Source: Chrysomallon squamiferum | Lineage: Eukaryota > Animalia > Mollusca | NCBI GenBank assembly: GCA_012295275.1 | Contig: CM022679.1 | Span: forward strand, 11,284,001-11,348,000 | Direction: 5' to 3' | DNA: 64,000 nucleotides | In this document: piece by piece, positions 53,556 to 64,000 of the stretch | Position numbering within the stretch: position 1 is the first letter of the stretch | Layout: each line of letters starts with the position of its first letter | Notes under the pieces: generated by a model | Databases searched by the model: none | What the model was told of the DNA's origin: nothing | What the model saw: only the letters and a program-made list of their open reading frames with translations | Program-made: the position numbers and the translations under genes

Positions 53556-55208
53556 CCATCCCATACATTATTCTATATATCCAGACAGACAGGCAGACAA
53601 ATATGAACATACAAAATGCACGGACAAAATATTTGTATTTGAAATTGATAATTTCAGCTCGATTTAGACCTCGTTTTTAATAATTAATACAGAAATATCA
53701 ACCTCATTCTTCTCACTTGAAACTTTAATAGTAAAAAAAAACACTGGTCTAACTTCAAAGCTGAAGAAAATCGTTAAACATTTTACAGATAAAGTAAATT
53801 GAAGTCATATCTTGCAGACATTACTTGAGAAGAGCTAATAACACTTATCTTTGAATTAGTTCAAAACGATAATGTTTAATTCCTTGTGGAATTCATCATT
53901 ACATAATATAAAAATGCTTATTAATATTGTAAGATAACTTGCCAAATTTGTTTGCTACGTATTAAAAACTGTAATAGCTTAAATAATAATAAAAATGCTT
54001 AGAGCGCTGGCCTAGAGCCTGTGGCCATTTTGTCTAGTGTTTCGAGACTTCATTATCAAAGTTTTGGGTATGTGCTTTCCCATCTTTTGGAGGTACATAT
54101 ATACCTTTCTACCAAAGTCTAGCGCATGAGATAGCGTAGATACTTTTTTCTCTTATTTTATCATCATATAAATATAATTTGAAAAAATACAGTTTCAGAT
54201 TTAATAACTGGCAAACTAAATTTGTGGAGATTTCGTTAATATTTTTCATTCAGTAATAATATTAGAACTATGTTTTCAGAATGAATATTGATACTTCATT
54301 CTTTTGTAATATATTTTCATATTATTATTATTGTTGTCGTTGTTGTAATATTAGTTCTTGTTATTACTGTTGTTTTAATCCTTAATAAAGGTGAAAAATA
54401 CAACACTTTCACAACAAAACGTATGTCGGTAACTGAGATGATAATGATATATCACGAAGGTATTTGCTGGGAACGCTGGTAAATGAAAGTAGATGATAAA
54501 AGAGAACCCACTGTCAGGTGAGAAAACCGCGTAGGTGGTTTTATGATCGTGTACGATGTTAGCAGACAGCTACAACGTTCAACAGTTGGCTTTTTCTTCA
54601 GATGCAGATTTTTTTCCCACAGAAATGAAACAAAAAATATCATTCTGAGGATGTTAGTAATGTTAAGGATTTCTTCACTTCGGGACAATAATTCATATCA
54701 GAGGCAGCATAACATCTCGAAGAACCATTTCTGACCAATACATGCTGAACCAGTAATCTGCGCTATCAACGAAAGAAATATTAAGTCTTGCAGATGACAC
54801 TGGATACATTCCAGTAACAGATGTAACTGAATGTGCATTAGTTCAATAAACCAATGACGCAAAACGCGTGGTTGTTTTCCAACCATGATCTCTGTGAGTC
54901 TAAATCGGTATATCTAAAGATATGGTGCCTGGAATCCAAAACTGTTTGATATGAAAACAGAATAGAATAGACACGTGGCCTGGCAACTGGCGAATGACTT
55001 TGCCTTCGTTTTCAGCGTCTATTTAGATAATATTTCACTGGACTATATCTCTAATATGATTAAACGAAGTCATTATTTCTGATTGCGTGAGAATTTAACA
55101 ACTCGAGAGGCCATGGAAGCATTTAACTGCCGAGAAATATCTTAATTAAAGACATCTCATTATGTTTTAATATAATGTTGTTACAATTTTTTTCTAAAGG
55201 ACAGAGAG

Positions 55209-55216
55209 ATGATGAC

Positions 55217-55249
<33 letters not shown>
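55209..55249. repeat. (GAT)n microsatellite
   Basis: Direct reading. Confidence 0.9.
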
Positions 55250-58200
55250 ATTTTAATGGGTTGATAGTGCGTAATTTATTATTGGTCTCTGCCATTTTGG
55301 ATATCACAGATAATAAAATTTAAGGAATACACCTGACATGATAAAATAAGAGATAGCAACATTCTTTATTTAATTTGTTTTTTCCCTTCTTAAATATTCT
55401 GAGAATGATGTTACCTAAGACTTTATGTTAGGAAAAAGCCAAGATAAATTTTTTCTGTTATCAGGTAGATGTATACTTTATACATACTTGGAGTAAAATT
55501 AAACAATAATTAATATAAATCAGAATTGATATTTTAATGGTAATGCACTGAGCAGATGCACATCACACACACAAAAAAAAAAAAAAAAAAATGTAAATAC
55601 AATAAAAAATAATCATTTGTTTTTTTAAATTTATAATTTTTTTTGTTTTTAAATGTAGACTGGAAGACTTTATTGTATGACTGGAAGGTAAAAGAAGCAG
55701 TCTATAATCACTGCAAGGATTATTTTAAAAGACATAATATTACAACAGGCCTTTTGATATTCTATAATTTTTGTGAAAACAAAGCGTATCTAATTTGATA
55801 CGATTACCGCAGCTTTGAATAAATCAGCATTTTAATAAATTCTAACTAAACTGTAGCAAGCGATTGTATTCCTTGACTAGTAGTCCTTCTTATCAGGGGA
55901 GAAAATCTGAAATCAACAGAAGCTAACTTGTTCCGCATCGTCGATATACGGTTTGTCATTCAGATAGCATCAGCGTTCTCATACTCAGTAGGAAACAAAT
56001 AATAGAAATTTTCTATGAATTAAGCGAGAAAAGAAAAAGTAGACATTTTTTCAAGCCCTTGGGTGAGTGAGCTTGCAAAGATTTTGAAATTCTATTCAAT
56101 TTGGATTTTCTCAATTTAAAATAAATAAATGTGTTTAATGATTCTAACTATATTATATATATATATTTAAATCATAATCAATCTTGGTTTTTTTACTTTC
56201 AAAAAAATCTTCGATAATCAATGTGTCAGAAAATACTGGTGAATTTTTCTTCTAGAATACAGTGAGTGACCTTTCGCATGCATCTGCCTGTGGAAATGGA
56301 AGCAGATATCCCTGAGTACTGGGTGGAACAACACGCGTACCAATGGGAGCACTAGTCTGGAAAGATTCTAATTATGATCGATCATCCAACAAGCATTCCA
56401 TTACTGAGCTACCACTCGCTTCAAAACAAAATACTATGAACATCATCTTAAAACTTGGGAAAAGAATTGTCTTGAAAATTAAAAGGTTTACTCGAATTTT
56501 GCATAACCATTTTTTAATCCTCTTTTATTAAACAAAGCATCGCACTCAACAGATTTATGCATTTCAATATTAGTAGTCTACGTTGGACAGAAAATGATGA
56601 AATAATACCAGTAATATGGAATATTCACGTAGTTAATAACTCACTTAAATCTCGACTCCAAGATAAATACAACAGAAAGACACAAACCAAAGCATACACA
56701 ATAAAGCCTTAACAAAAGTTTCATCACAGTCGTATAATCAGTTTTTAACACCGATTTAACTTTTATGTAAAGTCTTGAATCAGTTTATTATAAAGTACGT
56801 GTTACAATAAATGTTAGTTGCATCATGCTCGTGAAAATTGAAAAATAGAACCAAATAAAGAAAAGAATGTTATAATTTATAATCATTCGGAAACTACGAG
56901 CCTGTTTTAAAATTAATGCAGAACGGGTAAAGACAACGGAAAAAAACAATCTCATTATTTCCTCAAGTTGTTGATATGCCAAAATACTTGCAGGAATCCT
57001 GAACTGTTACTGTGGAAGGGAAAAAGTCATTAAAGGAGCTTTGAAAGAAATATTTATATTATTTATGATTTCAGACTACTTCACCCATTTTCTTCTTCTT
57101 CTTCTTCTTTTTTTTTTTTTTCTTCTTCTTAAGACTTATTCTTTTTTTGATGTACATGAGTAATATCAGTCATGAAAAATTTCCGTTAACAGTATAAATT
57201 TAGAATCCGCCCACGTGACAGAATAAATGCGCAGCCAGGCAAGTTCTGTGTCTTTGGTTTGTTTTTGTTTATTTATTTGTTTGTTTATTGTTTTTTATTT
57301 ATTTAATTATTTATTTATTATTTAAGTTAATAAATAATGATTATTTATTAAAATGATGGGGTCTTTTTCAGTACAAATGAAAGAATATCTAGTGCACATT
57401 TTCTGCAAGATTTATGTTTATCTATAAATATAAAATTCTTCGAGTAATTCATATTGAAAATCTGGTAATAATAAATAATAATAATATGATGATGACGATG
57501 GTGATGATGATGGTGGTGTGATAATCACCACCATGATGATGACGACGAATACAGAAACCAGAAGAAACGAACTGTTGTAATAAACAAGATATTTTAAAAA
57601 TAATTAAAAGACCATTTCTTTACTAACGAGTAATCCATTTTGCGCTACAGCATGTGCAAAAAATCTTTCCAGAGCTGTTATATTGATCTTAATTATTTGC
57701 TTTATTCACTAGTGCATTCTTTCTCTTACCACAAAACATCATATAAAAAGATAGAGTAATATGTTCAAGTATACTTACGTGCACAAGACAGTTAAATTAA
57801 AAAATATAATAAAAATTTAAAAAATGAAACGCCCATACGCATAATATATCAAAGTAAGAGTAGCATTCATTACAATACACAAATAAAAACAGAATTTTAA
57901 AAAATCGTATTTCTCAAAGATATTACTGTACAACATAATTTAACCTTTGAAGGTTACAGACGTAAAATTATGATTGGAATAAAAACCGTTAAATGAGTTT
58001 ATAGAGATCTTACCTCTGACTAAGAAACTTCTAGTATAAATGTTTCACAAACAACACTATTAATAATCTTTCGTAAAAGACACACTACTGCGAAATTTCT
58101 GTTTCTTGCAGCGCCTACAGGCTGCTCAATAATAACTTCAGCTGCAAGTTCACTTACGAGTGTGTGACGTGCAAGTGGAATATAATAACCTTTGATTAGA

Positions 58201-59221
58201 CATATGCTTTCAAGACCAAACAGATCACCCTGGTGTTTATATTGTAAGTAAAACGTTTAAAACACAGTACGGAGACTTTGCCAGGACCTTTAAAATGTGT
58301 AAATAAATAGACTAAAAAAAAAAGTTAAAAATTGTCAGAAAAAGTAATTTTAAAATGAGGTACTTTGTAGAGTAATAAAGAGAAAGAAAATATGAAATCT
58401 GTCATGTCTGTACTTACGTTTGGACAGTAAGACACACGAAGACAAACAGTACTAAACCGTACCTTCCTCGAAACGCATGTCGGGATATTCCATAGACGAA
58501 GGATATTTATCAGAAACTTCTGGTACCTATATCAGACTTTCTCTGGATAAATTCCATCACAGACAACAGTTTTATTTGGGCTCTCTCTTTTAATTCCAGA
58601 ATTATAAAAAACGCAATAAATACTGAACAAAACACTGATCAATGGAATAGTCGCGTAACTTTGAAACTGAATTTCGTAATTATTTACTTGTTTATGCCAA
58701 GTTTGCCTTTACGAAATAAATTTGACGCAAGTCTAGGCGAAACACCTTTGAAGGTCATCCTATTATTATAAGATGATCTTGCAGCGTTGTGCGCTGTACC
58801 TGTGTTCTTTGCCAGACACATGGCTTTCCCATCTTTCTATGGCGTGTTCCAGTATTGTGTATCGTCTTCGATGATCGGAATATTGTACGTTACCAGTCTC
58901 GTTCACAACGGTGCACTGCGGGCATTTAGGTTTAATTGGCAAACAGACGATAGCTCTTTTACAAGCTTTATTATTTATTTTAAAATCAGTGCTCTAATCG
59001 TCATCGGTTTGTCCAAAATAACTTTAAAATTATATTTATTTGTTTACCTTTTTTTCTTTTTTGTTGTTGTTGTTGTTATTGTTGCTCTTGTTTGGTTTGT
59101 TATAACTTCTGTTTTCTACAAAGGTAGCAACTTACTTATATGAAAATGAACATTCTTTTTGTATGAGATTTAAAAAAAAAAAAAAAAAAAAAAATCTTAT
59201 AAATAATTAATTAATTAAGTA

Positions 59222-59315
59222 GCTATTCTGAAATAAATGAAGAAAGAAATGGTAATAAATGGCTATTTTGAAATAAATAAATGACTGGTAATAAATGGCT
59301 ATTTTAAAATATATA
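59222..59315 (+). repeat. Minisatellite, unit 36 bp, about 2.5 copies
   Basis: ggtaataaatggctatttt(g/a)aaata starts at 59251 and 59287, with a partial degenerate copy before. Confidence 0.7.
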
Positions 59316-61008
59316 AAAAAATAAATTATAATTCTGCCTTTAAATTGATATAGACAATACGTGTTTGATATAAAATTGTAGACAAGTTTGGACTCATCAT
59401 TACAACGCATTAAAATAAAACGTGGTATCGTGAACAGCTTTGTATTCAAAATAAATATATCACCAACAGAGAAGCAGTTTGTCTTTGTCATCATTTATTT
59501 CTATATCTACATTAAAAAAAAAAACAAGTTGTTTGAATTATTAAGCAGATATTCACGCCTCTATGGTATACTTCTGAAACCTTATAATTAAAATATAGTG
59601 TTTTGTTGTTTGTGTTAACGGCTTTTTCTGGGCGAATATACTTGAGTATTATAATATATTTTATTCTTTGTACAGGTGGCTAGGGACGAGTATTAGTTTA
59701 CTGGTTAAGGGAATCACTGAGGAATGGTTGGACACTGGATCAGTTTTCTTTAACTATTTGTGAGAAATTTGAAATTTATTTGAAATTTAGCATAATTGGT
59801 ATAGCTATATATTTTCAAGTTGTTGTTTTTTTAACCTAGAACGAATTTTTAAGAATAATGTTTAAAAATAATTATTTTACGGGTAATTCTTCTCTTTTTT
59901 CCCATATACATCTATATATGTATATGTCTACATGTGTGTGTGTGTGTGTGTTCGAAACGATATCCGGATTTAAAGGCGAATAACAGCCTACATCAATGAA
60001 ACGTTTCTTTGGGTTTATTATTTTGCTTCTCATTGTTTATTGTTAGTAAGAGACCAATAAAATAATTACATGGAAACATATTTTAAAAAATAACATTAGA
60101 CTGTCCCCTCACTGATTTTTTCACATGTTAATATCGTGAAAACAATATGAAACAAAAATATATTAAATCATATCCTCTTCTCTTAACGCCCCTCCCCGTT
60201 TTTATCCCACCACAAATACAATTAGAATTTAGATTTATATGTTAATTAACAGATTAGAATTGATAATCTGTTTTAGCCAATACTTACTAAGATCAACTAG
60301 ACCGACAGCAACGTAACTGAATTTAAACGGTAAAGACAACATTAACAACATAATAATCATTTTTTTCAGTCCAAATTATTGATACTCGTATGCATGTGTT
60401 TGAAATGAAACATTTGCAAATGCATTCTTCGAATGAAACAGTTTAAGTTAATATACAAATACATGTATATAGAAAATGACCCTAACCTTCTCAGCATGTT
60501 TTTATATGAAGCAGGATGAATATAATGACCGGTGGAGAATGAAATCATTCTTCTCACGATAGAGTGTCATGTTTAGATCAAAAATAGCATATAGACTCGT
60601 ATTTAGTAAGATAAATATACCAAAAGCCAGCAAGCATACAAAAATAATTTCAGAGAATCCATTTCGTAAGCCAGTACCTAACAACAGCTGTTTACAGTTG
60701 GTGCGCATAGGTGACCTTTTGATTTCAGTCGGAATTGATTCATTGAAAGCCGATAACACTAAGAAGCAATGTCATTTAAACCTCCCCGAATCAGTAATAG
60801 TTTTCTTCTTCTTCTTCTTTTTTTTATATTTTCATTTTCATTTGTATGTGTATGTCAGTATGTGTTTGTGTGTATGATTTTATTATTATTATTATTTTTG
60901 TATAAATGCAAAGAAAAACAAACAAAAACGCTATTGATCTAATTATAACTAAGTATTATAATTAAAATATTCATAAATATTTAAATTATTCCTAACAAGG
61001 GAATTTTC

Positions 61009-61049
<41 letters not shown>

Positions 61050-61489
61050 TAAAAACGATAAAATGGAATGCTGACATCATATAAATTGCAGTAATACTGG
61101 TGAAAAACGTTTCAGAGCTATTGTTCCAGACGTAAAAGTCTGTGATAATGCTTCATACGTAGCTGGGTGGTTTCGATGTGATATAACTGGATCTATTTCA
61201 AAAATACACGAAACTTTCTTCGTTCTGTGACACCTGGTAAAACATTTTCAGGTAAGCAATCCAGGCAAGGCTCTGACTCTGTTTTCACCAAGCACTTGTT
61301 GGGCGGGATGTTTTTGCATTACGTCAATCGACTGTTACGCCTACGTAGACCGGTACTCTTGAGAATATAGCTCCAAGTACTAACGCTTAAAGGCGTCATA
61401 AACTCAGTCTTTTCTGTTTTTATAATTACTTTACTGGACTACGTAGATAAGATATGTTGAAAGTGTATATGATTTCAAGAAGCTCGTAT

Positions 61490-61670
61490 TTTATGTATGT
61501 ACGTATGTATGTATGCATATGTGTGTCTCTGTATCTATGAATATGTCTGTATCTGCATTAATGTGGGTATGTATGGATGTATGTATGTATGTATGTATCT
61601 GTATATCTATATATAGAAGGATGGATGGATGGATGTGTGGGTGGATAAATGAATTTATGTATGTGTCAGT
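61490..61670. repeat. Compound (TATG)n/(GGAT)n low-complexity tract
   Basis: Direct reading; followed by poly-T at about 61797-61830. Confidence 0.85.
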
Positions 61671-61796
61671 GTGCATACAATATAATAGATAAATAATAAA
61701 TAGTTGCAAATGAATGCCCACTCGTAACAGTTCAGTTAATTGTTTTATTCTCTTTCAGAATGTTATTTATTTTTTTTTCTTTATTTTTTTATTATT

Positions 61797-61830
<34 letters not shown>

Positions 61831-64000
61831 CTAACAAACTTAAGGAGAAGAAGGACACGGCATTCGCATCTTAGTTAGATATTGTTATACCATATTTAAA
61901 CAGCACTATTTCCATACTAAATAAGTTCAAGTCTGATATTTAAAATAATGTATTCGTTGCCTTACGACATTGAAATTGTCATAGGTAGGCTTCATTTCAA
62001 GTTTTATAACAACCTGCTAAGTTATTGCTGGCAGTCTTTTTAGAACTAGTAGTAGCTATATGACTTACATTTAAATACTTTACTTTATTTTATTTATTAT
62101 TTTTACTGATTAACTGATTGACTGATTTTTATTATTTATTTATTTATTTATTATTATTATTTTTAATGACAAATGGAACAAGAATAATACTTTCAAGTAT
62201 TAAAAAGATCGAATTCATAATGCTATTTGTTTATTGGGCTGTTATTGTTAATAGGCCCTATTTTCTGAAAATTCTTAAAATCTTGAATTTACTGGATAGC
62301 TTTTCAATGAACATTTTACTCAGTATCGCGTTGCGAATCACTATGCTAAATTAAGAGATCGATGTAGAATTCTAAAATACAGGCCGTTAGAATTCCGTTT
62401 TATGATTTATCTATTCAAATGGCAACAGTGAAATAAAAGATTTTTTTTTTTTTTAACTGTTCGAATACCAGTGGACATGAAAAGAAGGATCGTTGCTGTT
62501 AAATAGGCAAGTTAACAAGATTAATACATAAGGTAGCTAATTTTACAGAAATATGGCTAAAGAAATTTGATCTAAAATGTTTTTATGAGGTGGCTGAAGG
62601 CATTGATCTTAATTGTCCAAAATGGCTGATACTTTTTATTTCTCCTAAGAAAGGTCCTGGACTGTATGAATGTATATATGTATGTATGTATCTGTGTGCG
62701 CGCATATGTGTATATGCACCGACATAGATCATAAAACTGTATTAGAACACTGTAATAATGATCAATAAGAGGCTACGATAAGGGAGGCAACTACACATTT
62801 GTAAGAAATAATAGTTCAGTTTCCTTAGACAGTGAGAAATTCTTTAAATGTAGGGTGATTATTAAAAATAAATAAATAAATAAATAAGAATCAGTTAACT
62901 CAAAATTATTGTCAAAACAGTGAAAGTCGATAAAAGTGAAAATTAAAATGATAAACTAGACCACTCAGGGTTTTTATCGGTTTAAATTTATAAATAAGAT
63001 TTGTGATTGTTTTAATTTTTAAGACTAAATTTGAAAAGACTGTATTCACCTTAGTTATTATTATTATTATTAATTGTTTTTTCATTCTATTCTACAAATT
63101 TAAAGAATATGTATATACGTTTATTAAACTTTTTAAAAATCATATATTAGTCACTATTAAAGCATGCCTTGAAGAGTAGTTTAGTAATAAAATGATATAA
63201 TGCAAATAAAATATTAGAAAAGAAAAAATTGCTTTACTCCAACAAAGAACACAATATGTTTGAACAGTTATATTAATATGAAAAAATTGCTTGTTATAGA
63301 AATTGTTAATGCTACGTTAAACATAGAATATCGAAATGTATGCATGGTTGCTTACCCTATGTGTTCTTTAGAACTGCATATATGATGCATGATAGATGAC
63401 GTTCTAATGTATTTTGATTTCGTTACCAGTCAGAGCCGCAGTTGTTGACAGCATATGTTTTCTGCATAAAGCAGATTATTAACTTCATTCAGTGAACGCT
63501 TATGCATAAATGAGACAACATAGTTGGAAAATGTATTGATTATATACCAGTTCGTAAGTTACAAATCTTTTTGGATATAGTTATATTTTGTATGATCTCT
63601 TGTCTGTCACTGATTTGGATGGGTTTATAACGTTTGAAATAGTGGGAAATCTTTGAATGTGATTAAAAAAAAAAAAAAATTAAAAGTTCACACTTGGTGT
63701 GCTGGCTGTTTCTGCATTATATGTGGAGTGAGACATCTTAGTATTAATAAGGTCTTGGATCGTCGTTTTTAATTTAATTTAATTTAATTTTATAGTGCTT
63801 CTTAAAACAACAACAATTCTATTGTTAGCTGAAAATTATATATACATAATGTTCCAGCTAACATTAGAAATAGACACACCCTCGAGTTGTTGTTTTAAGA
63901 AGCACTATAAAATAAAATAAAATTATTATATTTAATGTTTTCAAGTAAGTTGCTTTTTTTAATGAAGCTTGGTCTTTACTACTAAGAAAACAACATGTCA

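Noticed and set aside
57500-57540. Hairpin atggtggtg...caccaccat (also short palindromes at about 1166-1190 and 52930-52950)
   Set aside because: Short stems within simple or AT-rich repeats; no tRNA, snoRNA or pre-miRNA features.
59222-59315. 36-bp repeats considered as a CRISPR-like array
   Set aside because: Head-to-tail copies without unique spacers, no cas genes, eukaryotic context.

Overview
Very AT-rich, microsatellite-laden, intron-rich animal genomic DNA, most consistent with an invertebrate such as a mollusc (an inference; the species cannot be identified). No prokaryotic features, RNA genes or CRISPR arrays were found. I traced three spliced genes exon by exon, all on the minus strand. 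(1) CLEC16A/GOP-1/Ema ortholog: 19 exons, 15368->6035, with a 1-nt frameshift in exon 8, a GC-AG intron, and its conserved C-terminal exons absent from the window. (2) Complete VPS35L (C16orf62, Retriever subunit): 25 exons, 29680->17405, 971 aa. (3) A PDZ-containing synaptopodin-2/myozenin-family gene: 5 coding exons, 52058->36767, 817 aa. Between (2) and (3) lies a multiply disrupted single-exon class A peptide-receptor-like GPCR pseudogene, overlapped by a 218-codon antisense ORF. Most interesting leads: the SYNPO2/myozenin hybrid architecture with a candidate PDZ-less isoform; two endolysosomal genes in tandem, each with a MITF/TFEB-type site upstream of its ATG; the antisense ORF facing away from the VPS35L promoter; and a sharp CpG boundary near 29.3 kb. 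I found no clear evidence of a wholly new biological system; these are testable leads.
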